From contig NC_043017.1 of the NCBI RefSeq assembly GCF_006345805.1, positions 11,408,001 through 11,472,000 on the forward strand: a DNA stretch of 64,000 bases. The letters run 5' to 3'. Of the stretch, positions 26,366-40,200 are shown piece by piece (the stretch's first letter is position 1; each line of letters starts with the position of its first letter). The notes beneath the pieces are model-generated. The model saw only the letters and a list, made by a program, of their open reading frames with translations, searched no databases and was not told the origin of the DNA. The position numbers and the translations under genes were made by a program. Origin of the DNA: Octopus sinensis. Lineage: Eukaryota.

Positions 26366-26421
<56 letters not shown>

Positions 26422-26466
26422 ATATATATGTATTATATATATATGTATCATATATATATATATATA

Positions 26467-26547
<81 letters not shown>

Positions 26548-28388
26548 TGCGTATATATGTTTATTATATATATATGTATATATATATATATATGTGTTTA
26601 TTATATATATATATATGTATATGTGTATATATATATTATATATATATGTCTGTATGTATGTATAGGCAAATGTATATTATACATATGTATATATTATATA
26701 TATTATAGTATGTAGAAAGGGTTATAATCCAAGCTGTGCCCTCATGAAGCATGTTTGTAGATTTCAGTATTCCAAAGTATATTTCTTTATGTTATATTTC
26801 ATATGGAAGTGCTGTGGCTTAGTGGTTAGAGTGCCGGACTCATGATTATAAAATTGTGGTTTTGATTGTGTTCTTTGCAAAACACTTCATTCCACGTTGC
26901 TCCAGTCCATTCAGCTGGCAAAAGTGAGTAATTCTTATGAGGGACTAGCATCCCATCCAAGTGGAGAATATATGCACCATGGAAAGCAAGAAACTGGTCC
27001 AATGAGTCGAAACAATTCCGGAAGGATTTTTAACCTTTTTATCCTATATTTCATACGAGAGTTGAAAGTACTGAAGAATATTGTTAAATACTGGGAAATA
27101 CTTATTGTACAGTAATTACATATAAAAACAGAAAACTGGAAAAATTTTCTGGTATTATTTATTTCACATTGTTTGTCTACATATATACCTATGTAAACCC
27201 TATTAGTAATGAAACATATGTAATGCGGAATAGATTATACCACAAAAAATGTTTCCACTTTTCTGTTTCAATATTTTATATTATATATATATCTATTATA
27301 CATCTAAATTATATATGAACTGCAAAGCATAACATGTAACTGAAATTTGGGCTCTGCAGTAGATCCTATACTTTTGTATCCAGAGTGGTATGATGTGGGC
27401 ATCAAACCACGGTATAGGGTAGTGTGTGGAATATGAGCAATGTAATAGTAATAATAAAATATGGAAGACATATAGCGTTTTAAGCATACACATGTTTCAT
27501 ATATACATTTCGGCAAATTACAGTCAGGATGACATAATTGCTTGTTGAACCATAATATAATCTTGTTAATTTGTCTCTTCCATGTTTTTGGTATCTTTTC
27601 CTAAACACTGAATATCATTTGTTTCAACAAGTAATTATGTAATCCTGGCAGTAATTTGATGAAACATGTGTATGTTTTAAAATGGATAAAATAGATATAT
27701 ATTTTCTAGGTTTTATTAATACTAATATATATCTATCTATCTATCTATCTATATAATATATATAATACCATATGTACGTGTGTGTGTGTATATATATATA
27801 TATACATACATATATTTATGTATATGACACATATATATACATATTTACAAATGAGAAATACAGGTTGTGTTTTTATAAACAAAATGCAAGATTAAAAATA
27901 AAAATCTATGTAAAATGTGTTTGACTGAAGAGAGGAGGTGGGGGTAGAATGTCCAGCAAAAAATATAAGGGTAAAACAATACAGGAATTTCATAACAATA
28001 TTTAATTAACGAAGGGGGAGAGGATTGCCAAATATGGAAAGAAAGAAAGAAAATAAAAAGGCTAAGAATTTTCTGGGAGGGAGATGGTGGTGGTGGTGGT
28101 GGTGGTGGTGATGGTGATATTCTGGATGATGCAGGAGTAGGGAAGGGGTTAATTCATTGCAAATGGTTAAAATGGTACTAATATCACAGAGTCAGGAGTT
28201 TGGCATCATACAGGGTGGGCATGGCATGGAAAGGGAAAGGCAGAGGATGTTGATTATTGTTGACTTGTTGATTGAATGAAAATGAAATTACAAAGTGTTA
28301 CACATATTTATACATGCAAAAATAGAATCTAATGAATATATATATGGATGTATAAGCATGTATACATTAATATATGTATGCATATATA

Positions 28389-28437
<49 letters not shown>

Positions 28438-30009
28438 TCACACACACATATATATATGCATACATATATATGTAATATATATATATATATATACACATAC
28501 ATACTTATGTTAATAAATACTTTACAATTTTACAAGGTGTTTCAGTACTTTATATTTTCCAAAGATCATTCTCTCTCTCTCTCTCACTCGCTCTATCTCC
28601 CTCTCTCCACAGTATATATATTTATATTCAAAATTCACTAATTACACTCACTCATAACATGCAAAATAGAATGTCCCACCAATACACCTAATACCTTGCA
28701 AAGGAATTCTTATCCCATTAAATAATATATAATTTTCTCAAAACAAAAAAAAATGAAAACCTTTTCCCATTACCCCCACCTACCCACCCACAAAAAAACT
28801 AAAAGACACAATTACCTCCATTCCCCCATTAATGAATGATTTAATTGCTTAATTTCTTTTCCACAAATGAATGAAACAACCAACAGATCTGGAAGAAAGT
28901 ACTCCACATGTGTTAACGCTAACATTTAATCATAAAAAACGATCAACCCATCAAACCCTCATCATTATTTTTAACACTACACTCTCAAATCAATTCTGCT
29001 TGCTTCAGTAAGTTTCATCACTTAAAACCCATAATTTTCATGAAGAAATATTAAAAAAAAAAACACACTCATACATTCCATGAAGGGTGGCAGTAGTTTT
29101 TGTCATACCCACCCCTTTTTTTTTGAGGTGGGGTTGGGTTGTTTAAATTCCTGTTCTGGTCTTGATTATTAACAGGTTGCTGTTGTTGTTGCTGTTCTTT
29201 TTTTCTCTTCATTATTGGTCTCTTTGACATCGTCATCATCATCATCATCATGACAGTCATTTTTCCAAGCTTACATGGATCAGACAGAACTTGTTGAGGC
29301 AAGAATTTCCCTTGTTTGGTTGCCCTTCCTGTTATCAACCCTCTCCCGCTTCCGAGCGAGGGTCTATTTAATGATCTCTGTTGTTTATACATACTGATAG
29401 CCACTGAATGAAAAACATGAATGGCTGTGCAGATAAGAAATTTGCTTTGTAACAATATGGTTAATTCACTGCATCACACATTGAGCAAGTTTTTTCATCA
29501 TCCTACTATATGTAAGCACCATCCGTTTGTGTCCGTTGCCAGCCTCGCCTGGCCCCCGTGCCGGTGACACGTAAAAGCACCATCCGTTCGTGGCCGTTTG
29601 CCAACTCTGTCTGGCACCTGTGCGGGTGGCACGTAAAAAGCACCCACTACACTCACGGAGTGGTTGGCGTTAAGAAGGGCATCCAGCCGTAGAAACACTG
29701 CCAGATCTGACTGGGCCTGATGAATCCTTCCAGCTTCACAGACCCCAGTTGAACCGTCCAACCCATGCTAGCAAGGAAAACGGACGCTAAATGATGATGA
29801 TGATGATGATGATGATATATATATATATATAATATATATATATACATATGTGCAGGTGTGCTTGTGTGATAAGAAGCTTGTTTCCCAACTGCATGGTTCC
29901 ACGTTCAATTTCTCAGCATGGTACCTTGAGCAAGTGTCTTCTACTACAGCCTTGGGGCAACAAAAGCATTGTGAGTAGATTTGGTTGATGGAAACTGAAA
30001 GAAGCCTAT

Positions 30010-30068
<59 letters not shown>

Positions 30069-30453
30069 CATATACATATATGTATATCTGTGTGTATGTC
30101 TTTGTGTCTGTGCTTGTCCCCCACCACCACCACCACCACTTGACAATTGGTGTTGGTGTGTTTACATCCCTGTATCTTAGCAGTTCAATGAAAGCAACTG
30201 ATAGACTAAGTCCTGGGATGATTCATTCAATCAAAACCCTTCAAGGCAGTGCCCCAGTATGACCACAGTCTAATAGCTGACACAAGTAAAAAAATAAAAG
30301 TGTGAGACTGAAAACTCAGCAACTTGCAGCTGGCCCTACATCACAGAAACAAATGTTGTAATTTGTAATTAAGGCCTGTCTATTCCATCATCTTGTATAG
30401 ATTCATATATATATATAGATGTGTGTTTTTATATGTATATGTGTGTATAATTG

Positions 30454-30492
<39 letters not shown>

Positions 30493-31182
30493 CCACACAC
30501 ACACATTTATATGTACGTTTGTATGCGTTGGGTTTATTTCACATCTATTGGTAACTGGTGTGGATTTATTTATATTCCTGTGTCTTGGTGGGGGAGGGGA
30601 AATTTTAGCAAAAAAGAAAGACACCAACTGCATAAGTATGTGATCTAAAAATAAAAAAATATATACAGAGCTGGCATGGACGTATGGGGCGGGGGGTGCA
30701 GTCAGTCAATTTAATCTCCTAAAATATCCCTGTAGGCAGTGCTCCAGCATAGCCACACAACAATTCAACAACTGAAACAAGAATAACAGAAGCATGGAAT
30801 AACATGATAGGCTTTTAACTCAAACTAAAAATAAAACATCAAAAAATAAAATATAAAAACTTGTAAACTGTTTAGTCTGGACTTTTAACTTGTTTTTTTT
30901 TTCTTTACAAAGCACTGAAATACTCGTTAGAAGCTTAATTTTGGTAAATTCACTTTCATTCTTTTGGATTAACAAGTCAACAAATTGATTTTTAAAAATA
31001 AATAAAAGAAATAAAAAAACAAAAACAAACGGGGGCAGGGAAGAGGAGAGGTGGGGGTGATGATGCTTGTTTTCTTTTTTTTCAAAAAAAAAAAAGGGAT
31101 TGCCAAAAAATATAAATAATAATTAGGGGCCCATTCAATTAAAACCTACAACTATTTGTTGCTAGGCATTCTAGAATGTTAC

Positions 31183-31395
31183 CTGGGTAGAAGAACATAC
31201 ACCTGGGGGTATCACCTTCCCATCTGCCATTGTCACCACATCTCATTCTTTTTTTCCCATGTAGAGAATACCCAGGTTTACAAGAATATATAGCATGAGT
31301 TCCTGGTTCAATTTTGTTAGGATTGTCTGGCGTTGTCTCGAGTGTCATAAGGCCATTGACAGGTGTCAGAGGCTCCTCGCAAAATGAGGAATTGT
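31183..31395 (-). CDS. Gene B exon, CCP7
   Basis: Acceptor ttctttgcag, donor CCAG|gtaaca, 213 nt, phase 1-1. SFCEEPLTPVNG...YSCKPGYSLHGKKRMRCGDNGRWEGDTPRCMFFYP. The upstream T|gtatgt donor would remove the last Cys. Confidence 0.88.
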
Positions 31396-31946
31396 CTGCA
31401 AAGAAAATACGAGAAACAAAGTTAAAATGGAATCAAAGAAGAAGCACAGGAATGGTTGGAAAGTAAGAAGTTTGTTTCAGGTTCAGTTCCACTGCATGAC
31501 ACCTTGGGCAAGTTTCTTCTACCATAGCCTCAGGCCAACCAAAACCTTCTGAGTGGATTTGGTAGATGGAGACTGAAAGAAGCCTGTTGTATAATGTGTG
31601 TGTGTGTGTGTGTGCGTGTTGCCAGTGCTGCTGGACTGGCTCCTGTGCAGGTGGCACATAAAAAACACCAAACACCATTTGCGCGTGGCCGTTGCCAGTA
31701 CTACCTGACTGGCCCCATGCCAGTGACACATAAAAGCACCCACTACACTCTTGGAGTGGTTGGTGTTAGGAAGGGCATCCAGCTGTAGAAACTCTGCCAG
31801 ATCAAGATTGGAGCCTGGTTCGCCAGTGATCAGTCAAATCGTCCAACCCATGCTAGCATGGAAAGCGAACGTTAAACAATGATGATATATATATATATAT
31901 CATCATCATCATTGTTTTACATATATATATTTTATATAAATATATA

Positions 31947-31987
<41 letters not shown>

Positions 31988-32664
31988 GTATACATATACA
32001 TAGTGAGAATTTACAAAAAAACAAAAGAAGACGGGTATGTAAACATAGAAACAGACATATACACATAAATATATACATACATATATACGTACACAACAGG
32101 CTTCTTTTAATTTCCATCTACCAAATCCACTCACATAGCTTTAGCCAGCCCGAGGCTATAATAGAAGACACTTGCCCAAGGTGCTACACAGTGGGACTGA
32201 ACCTGGAACCATGTGGTTGGGCGGCAAGCTTCTTACCACACAGCCATGCCTGCACCTATACATACATACTATATTCATACATGGGGTGGGTGGATTTACT
32301 ATTATCATTTTGTAAGGCCTGAAACTTTAGCACTTTAATATTTTCTGTCACTTCATCACCACCAACACCACTACCATTGCTACCACCACCACCACCACCA
32401 CGATCACACTCCACAGCACCAACAGTGGCATCAAGTAGGCGTGTCGTGAGTGTGTGTGTGGGGTGGGGAGCAGGTGGGAGTGGGGATGACTAGATGGCAC
32501 CCAGTTTCTGATTTTGCTCAGTGTCTCAAAGACTTACAACAATCAACAAAGAAATTCTTGTGTGAACTGTTAAGCATTGTTGAGGAATAATGCTGAAGGA
32601 GGCAGCACCAAAACATTCCCAGATTTTGTAGATTCTTGTGTGTGTGTGTGTGTAGATTTGTATG

Positions 32665-32719
<55 letters not shown>

Positions 32720-32930
32720 ATGTAGATTTATGTGTGTGTATGTATATGTGTATCTATGTGAGTGTATGTGAATATATGTATATATGTGTATCTGTGCATG
32801 TATATGTATGTTTGTGTATATATGTATATTCAAAGTATATGTGTGAGTATGTATATTTATGTGTGTGTGTGTATATTTTTGTGGGTGGGTACAAATATTT
32901 AAGTTTGTACTTGTAATTTATTGTGGGTAG

Positions 32931-32980
<50 letters not shown>

Positions 32981-33436
32981 TATCTGTCTATGTTTATTTA
33001 TATGTGTATGCTTACATGTTTGTGTATATATATATTTAAATGTAGGAGTATTTGTGTATGAGTACGTATGTTTGTGTGTTTATGCATATTAAGTTTGTAT
33101 GCGTATTGTAAGTTTAAATGTGTGCCTGTAAGTTTATGCTTAAATTTAAGTATGCGGATGTACGTGGGTGTATATTTAAATGTATGTGTACATTAAAGAG
33201 TGTGTGTATATGTGTGTGTCTCTGTATTCATATTTAAGTGCGTGTGTGTTTTTAAGTGTGAGACTGGCTACTGAAAAATTTTACATATGATCTAGATATT
33301 TGCTTGTGTGTGTGTGTGTGTGTGTGTGTTGAGTGAGCTAATGCGTGCGTGCATTTCTGCAAGTCTGGATATACACACATATACATACAAGCACGCACAA
33401 ATACAGAATCTATTTCATGTAATTATGTGTATATAA

Positions 33437-33850
33437 GGCGGCGAGCTGGCAGAAACGTTAGCGCGCGGGGCGAAATGCTTAGTAGTATTTCGTCTGCCGT
33501 TACGTTGTGAGTTCAAATTCCGCCGAGGTCGACTTTGCCTTTCATCCTTTCAGGGTCGATAAATTAAGTACCAGTTACGCACTGGGGTCGATGTAATCGA
33601 CTTAATACCTATGTCTGTCCCTGTTTGTCCCCTCTATGTTTAGCCCCTTGTGGGTAATAAAGAAATAGGTATTTCGTCTGTCGTTACGTTCTGAGTTCAA
33701 ATTCCGCCGAGGTTGACTTTGCCTTTCATCCTTTCGGGGTCGATAAATAAAGTACCAGTTTCGCACTGGGGTCAGTGTAATCGACTTAATCCCTTTGTCT
33801 GTCCTTGTTTGTCCCCTCTATGTTTAGCCCCTTGTGGGCAGCAAAGAAAT
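33437..33850 (+). mobile_element. SINE family 1 copy with duplicated 3' portion
   Basis: Segment GTATTTCGTCTG...CCCTTGTGGG occurs twice in tandem. Confidence 0.8.
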
Positions 33851-34164
33851 ATATGTGTATATGCTTGTGTGTATGACAGCATGCCTTTACATGTGCTTGT
33901 GTGTGTGTTGTGTGTGTGTGTGTGTGTGTGTGTGAACGGGGTTATGTGTATTCATGTATGTGAGTATGAATGTATATATGAATATGCATGCTTGTGCAAA
34001 TGTGTGTGTGTGTGTGTGTGTATGTAAGAGTGTATGTGCATATATGTATGCGCATGTTTGAGTCTGTGCGTATGCAGGAATATGTATAAGAGACACGAAG
34101 AGAATGCTGAGGAATTCTGTGGGTGTTTCAGCAGATTCACACACACAAACGTGTGTGCATGTGC

Positions 34165-34199
<35 letters not shown>

Positions 34200-35257
34200 A
34201 TGGATTCTCTTGCTGTGAACAACAAATGAGGATTCAGTAAATTAAAGCGGTAATCATGTTCTATGGATGTGAATGCATCTCTTGAGGCCCACCGCTGCCT
34301 TGCAAACCTTTTGGCAAAAGGAACAAGTTGAGGACTCAGTTTGTGCATGAGGACATTCAGTATTTCTCATACAAGCTGAGAAGGGGCCAATTTTTATCTC
34401 AAGCCATCAAGCAGACAAGAGGAAAGACTGTGCTATGAAGCTTTTGAACAAACTCAAGCATCCCCTCCAACCAAACATGCTTTGGTTTTTCTCAGACGAG
34501 AAAATTTTTTGCTAGGATTAGATGCGGAACACATGTCCCTAAAACATGTACCAAGAGTGATGAAAATCAAACATCCAGTCAACATCATGGTGTTTGGAGT
34601 GATCACTAATGATGGCATTGTTATGCCTCCATTCATCTTCCCACATGGCCTCAGACTCAACATGGAGACCTGCATCAAGTGACTAGAAGAGGTAGTGCTG
34701 CCTTGGGTCAAGAAGGTGGCTACTGGAAGATCCTATGTCTGGCAACAGGACTCTGCACCATGCAACACAAGCAGGAGAACCCTGTCATGGCTGTCAGACA
34801 ATTTCTGTGACCATATCACCCCTAACATCTGGCCACCTAACTCCTCAGATAGCAACCCCTTGATTATTATGTGTGGGATGCAGTCAAGCAAGAGACCAGT
34901 AGTAGGACCATAAGGGCCAAAAGGAACAGGGCAGAGTTATGCTTCCTCATTCTGTCATGCACCTTAAACAAAAACACAGGATTCATGTTTAATCTTCACC
35001 AAACTCGTAACACCAAAGATGTACTGAAGGCAAGGATTATGGCAGCATTCACCAACTTAAACAAAGAGACCGTCCAGAGGAGTTGTAGGAGATTCTGAAG
35101 TTGTCTGGAGGCTGCGGTTGAAGCCAATGGCGATTTTATAGAATAAATTTACTCTTTAGTATTCAAAGATATTTTTATGTAATTTTGGTAAATATATCTG
35201 TTAAAATAAGATGTCAGTGTTATTTTCATTTTTGAGAAATTTAGACAACAATTTATT
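34200..35257 (+). mobile_element. maT-type (DD37D) Tc1/mariner remnant
   Basis: KHPVNIMVFGVI...PPFIFP...WQQDSAPC...WPPNS; shares its right end with the 59215 copy. Confidence 0.8.
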
Positions 35258-35284
35258 CACAGCACTCTGTGTATATGTATATAT

Positions 35285-35324
<40 letters not shown>

Positions 35325-35332
35325 TATATATG

Positions 35333-35370
<38 letters not shown>

Positions 35371-36484
35371 GGGGATGATATATATGAAAGAAAACCCCAA
35401 AATAGTTTAGCATCCTTAAGAGCATTAGTATGTTTTCAATTATTTATTTCAAGACGTCAGAAAAGCAAGAGTGGTTCCTTCCTCTCTCATTAGTACATAA
35501 ATAATGAACATTGAGATTTAATTAAGCACTAACTTTAAGTATATACTCCTCACTTCTAGTCATTCATTGTATTTCCCTATTTCAAGAATAATGGTCACTC
35601 AGGGTGAAACAATAACAATTTTTTTTTTAAAAAGGTTCAAATTCTACCAATGTCAACTTTGATCTTGTGACCTTTGCTCTTGGTGTTTGTGTTCTAAAAT
35701 TTTGGGATAACAGACTTAATTCTTTTCTCAGTTCAACAGCCCTCACCCCACCCCACTCCACCTAGCTTTTGGATGTCTTTAATGGAATTTACTCCATTAC
35801 AAGAATCCAGCCAAGGTCTCTAGATTGAGAATATCATTGTTCCTGTATCCCTTCCACCAGACACAGAGGTTCCTGAAAATGAAATTAGGAAGCTACAGGT
35901 CAAGGGTACTTCTTCCCTTCCTTCCCCTGATAAACAATAAAAAAAATTAATAAAAGATAAGATTTAAAAAGTAAAATTGCATAAATAATAATAATAATAA
36001 TCGTCTTCAATCATCATCATCATCATCGTTTAACGTCCGTTCTCCATGCTAGAATGGGTTGGACGGTTCGACCGGGGATCTGGGAAGCCAGAAAGCTGCA
36101 CCAGGCTCCGGTCTTATCTGGCAATGTTTCTACAGCTGGATGCCCTTCCTAACGCCAACCACTCCATGAGTGTAGTGGGTGCTTTTTACGTGCCACCTGC
36201 ACTGGTGCCAGGCGAGGCTGGCATCGGCCACGGTCGGATTGGTGCATTTTATGTGCCACCTGCATGGAAGCCAGTCGAGGCGGCACTGACTTCGGCCACG
36301 ATTCAGATGGTGCTTTTTACGTGCCACCGACAAAAGGATAAAAGTGAAATTTGGCTTTGGTAAGATTCAAACTCAGAACATAGCGCACTAACTCTTCTAA
36401 TAATTCTTTCTGCGAATCCCCAAAAAGGAAAGAAAAAGAAGAAAGCATGACAAAAGACAAGCAAAGCAAATGGTGTATTCTTAC

Positions 36485-36685
36485 CTTCAGTACATTTTAT
36501 ATCCCTAGTCCAAGTTCCATTGTGACACGACAATGACTTTGGCACTGACGGCCTATAACCAGGTTCACAATAGTAATTGACAGTGACTCTGTGTTTTATG
36601 GTGTCGTATGGCTTTAACCTGATCAAATTCAGGAAGTCTTGCTGGAAAATGTTAAGCCCTCGGACGTTTGGAATTGTGCATTTTG
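36485..36685 (-). CDS. Gene B exon, CCP6
   Basis: Acceptor cttttcacag, donor G|gtaaga, 201 nt, phase 1-1. KCTIPNVRG...YYCEPGYRPSVPKSLSCHNGTWTRDIKCTE. Confidence 0.9.
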
Positions 36686-36714
36686 CTGTGAAAAGAAGAA
36701 AATCCAAAGAAACA

Positions 36715-37020
36715 TCATCATCATCATCATCATTGTCATCATGGTAACTGTTGTCAACATTGTCATTCTCATCATCACTTCAGTAATCATCACTGTAACC
36801 ATCATCATCACCATTAACATAATCTTTATTATAGTTATCACTACCATCGTCGTCATCATCATCATCATCACTCTCACTTTCACTGTCAGCATCACCTTCG
36901 TTATCATCATCATCGTTATTGTCGTCATCATTATGACCATCGTTGTTGTTATTGCCATCATCACTATCGTCATTATCATCATCACTGTCATCACCATCAG
37001 TATTGTCATCATCATCATTG
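36715..37020. repeat. Degenerate (CAT)n tract
   Basis: Direct reading; lies just upstream of the CCP6 acceptor on the gene B strand. Confidence 0.85.
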
Positions 37021-37667
37021 TTCTAGTATATAATTGAGTCTATATAAACCGTCAATGCTTATTTTATCAACCTCAAGGCTGAAACACACAGGAGATCAGG
37101 ACAGAATTTGAACTAAGAACATAAAAAGGGATCTAAACGAAGGTCATGAGATATCTTGTGTGATACTGGACAACTTCTGCCATCAACTCATGGCCTTGCT
37201 TGAGGTCTTTAACCCTTTGATGGAATCAGAGGGATGCCTTGTTGAGATATGGTGTGTCTTTAGGTCATCAACACATTCGTGGATTCATGAAGAGTATTGT
37301 CTTGATACATGACATGTTTTTAGGTTCTCAACTTTTTGTTTTGATGCCTGGCAGGTCTTCGGAATTGTGTTTTATGTTGTTTTTCGACTGCCATTACCCA
37401 TATCTCGCCAGAACTGATCATAGCCAATTACTTCCAGAAAGAGAGAAAGACTGGCAGAGAGAGAACAACAAACTGGCATTTTATTTATCAACTCCAAATG
37501 GATGAAAGGCAAAGTTGATCTCAACAAGGTTTGAACTCAGAGCACTGGAATCTGTGACAATTGCCACAAAGCAATCTATTCACTGCCATAATGACTCTAC
37601 TAACGAGATACCTTCCCTGCTTGTTGTGAAGGAGGAGAAAAGAACGAAAAAGAGAGTTTTTATTTAC

Positions 37668-37756
37668 CATAACACTTGGGGGTTTCTGCTGACCAGTGAC
37701 TGTCAACACAAACTGAAGATTCTGTTATGCCTTCAAATGTTGTGTCATAATTGCAA
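37668..37756 (-). CDS. Gene B exon, C-terminal half of CCP5
   Basis: Acceptor ttttttatag, donor G|gtaaat, 89 nt, phase 2-1. (S)CNYDTTFEGITESSVCVDSHWSAETPKCY completes the domain begun at 47769. Confidence 0.88.
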
Positions 37757-37824
37757 CTATAAAAAAACAACAAGCAAAAAACAAAAAATATATGAATAAT
37801 AATAATAGTAATAATAATAATAGA

Positions 37825-37857
<33 letters not shown>

Positions 37858-38009
37858 TCTTTCTACAACAGGCACAAGACTTGAAATTTCGGAGAGGTAG
37901 TTGATGACATCACCCAGTATGCAACTGGTACTCATTTTATCGACCCTGAAGGGAGGAAAAGCAAAAGTCAACCTCAGCAGAATTTGAACTCAGAACGTAA
38001 AGCTGGATG

Positions 38010-38895
38010 AAATTTTGGCTGGCAAAAATAAAGCACTGTACAAGGACTTGAGAATGAATGAAACTGAAAATGGGTGGATAAAGAAAAGAATTCATGGACT
38101 GTTTCGTAGGGATGATGAAGATAAGACAGACAGAGAAAAAAGATGGCTATGGATGACTAAAAGTGATTTAAAACTGGAAATGGAGGCTCTAATCTGTTCT
38201 GCCCAAGAACAAATTACATCAAATACAGAATAGATAACATATCAGAAAGTGATAAGTGCAGAATTTGTGGACAAAATGGTGAAACCGTAAGGCATATTAC
38301 CAGCAAATGTATACCACTAGCCCAGAAGGAATATAAGAGATGCCATGACAATATAGCAAAGATTGTCCATTGGACACTTTGCAACAAGTATGGACTTGAC
38401 AGAGCAAAAAATTAGTACAAAGATAAACCCGAAGGCATCATTGAAAATGATAATGCAAAGGTCCTATGGGATTTTATGATTCAGTGCGACCATGAAATAG
38501 AGAATAGGAAGCTAGACAGTGTTAATTGAGAAAGAAAGCAAACAATGCTGGATCATAGATATAGCATGCCCAGCTGACAAGGTATGTGATAAGGAAGAAA
38601 GGAAAGTCGATAGGTATGACAGGTTGGCTTGGGAGGTTAAGCAGTTGTGGTTGCTGAAAAATGTGGTAGTAGCACTGATTATTGTCGGAGCCCAGGGAAC
38701 AGTGAGTAAAAATCTTGAGAAGTACATGGAACAAATAGGGGCTGCAATAAGGGTGGAGCTCTTGCAGGAAACAGCACTGCTTAGAACTGCTTGAATACTT
38801 TGGATGGTGCTTGAAAAATAAGGGGTGTTACCTTAGTTCACTGGTAGTGAACAGATGACACCTTAGTACATCTCCAGTGTTAGAAGCTGTGCAAA
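38010..38895 (+). mobile_element. R4/Dong-like non-LTR remnant (CCHC knuckle + restriction-like endonuclease)
   Basis: KCRICGQNGETVRHITSKC, HDNIAKIVHW, KVLWDFMIQCDHEIENRKLD, IIDIACP, KVDRYDRL; several stops. Confidence 0.85.
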
Positions 38896-39329
38896 GACAA
38901 TAAAATATGGTAAAGATGTCAATATTGATCATTTTGTAAAAATATCCTTCATCATAGCCAGATACATTTACTTGGATGACCCAAAAGTATTTGAGAGCAG
39001 CTGTGAGAAGGAAGAAGCCTAAGTATGGACCAAAAAATCCTGGACAAAGCGCCAAGACTCCCATGTGCCCATGTGTCACTTTTTATCCATGATTTTTTTG
39101 ACAAAGCTTAAAATGACTTTTGTTCACCAGCTATCCTACCCATTGTTCTCAAACTAAAAATCCACCCCTGAAAGGTTACCAATTTCAAATGTTAGAGAGA
39201 ATGGAACAAATTTATAAGAACTGTGCATTATCTTTGAATATGTATTCCAGAACATTCTAAGACTAGAGAAGAAAAGAGCTGTGATTAGTGTATCAACAAT
39301 AAAGGGACTCTTATGTAGAACATAGGTTT

Positions 39330-39625
39330 GATTAACACTCCTTAGCATTTAGATTATTGTTAAGTATGATGCCTATTGATTCAAAGTGAAATCAATTTGA
39401 ATCAACAGGCATTATCAATAGGCATTATCAACAGGCATTATCAACAGGCATTATCAATAGGCATTATCAATAGGCTTTATCTTGCTGTTTCAAGATTTCA
39501 GTGATGTCAGAGTATATTTTTCGAATGATATTTTATGGTAGGTGTGAGAAGCTGAATTTGGTAAGTTTGAACATTAAACTTGTAGAATATTTGGGCCAAA
39601 TACGAGTGGTTTAAATGCTAAAGGG
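39330..39625. mobile_element. MITE with TTAA-CCCT-like ends (piggyBac-like); other copies about 53358-53550 and 62790-63003
   Basis: Ends resemble TTAACCCTTTAGCATT / AATGCTAAAGGGTTAA; a 13-bp unit is repeated 6 times at 39401-39481. Confidence 0.55.
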
Positions 39626-39724
39626 TGAAGTTGTAAGGAAGCTTTAAATGAGTTTTTTAAAAAGTTTAGTTTCTTGGATAGACCCAGTATATAAAATGAG
39701 TTGGAGTTTTAGTCCAGTACATGA

Positions 39725-40200
39725 GGGGAGAGAATACAAATAAGATGGATTATAATTTCAGCCAAGAGCATGATGGGAAAAATATGAGTCATAATTGTTC
39801 TCAGGTGCATGATGGAAAAAAAAAAAAAAGTCATAATTTTAGAGTGATGCATGATGGGGGAAAAAGAAGATGGGTCATAAGTTTAGTCCATTGCATGATG
39901 GGAAAAAATTATAACAAGGTGGATTGCAGTTTTCAATCAAGAGCAAAATCGGAAAATATATAAAGAAAAAGTGGATCGTAATTTTAATGAAGTGCATTAG
40001 AGTAAAGAAAAATATTAAAAAGAAAAGAATATAGGTCACAAGCATGTCGAAAAGCATGATGGGTTATGCAAAAAAAAAAATAGGTCACAATTTCGGTCAG
40101 GAGAATGTTGAGAAAACAGGAGGAAAAAATGGGGTCATAATTTAAGAGAGGTGCATCATGGGGAAAAAAAAAAATGAGGGAATCAATAGTTTTATCTGGG
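39725..40200. repeat. Degenerate minisatellite (GCATGATGGG + A-tract + GGTCATAATTT)
   Basis: Motif recurs at about 39768, 39806, 39849, 39893, 40055, 40153. Confidence 0.6.
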
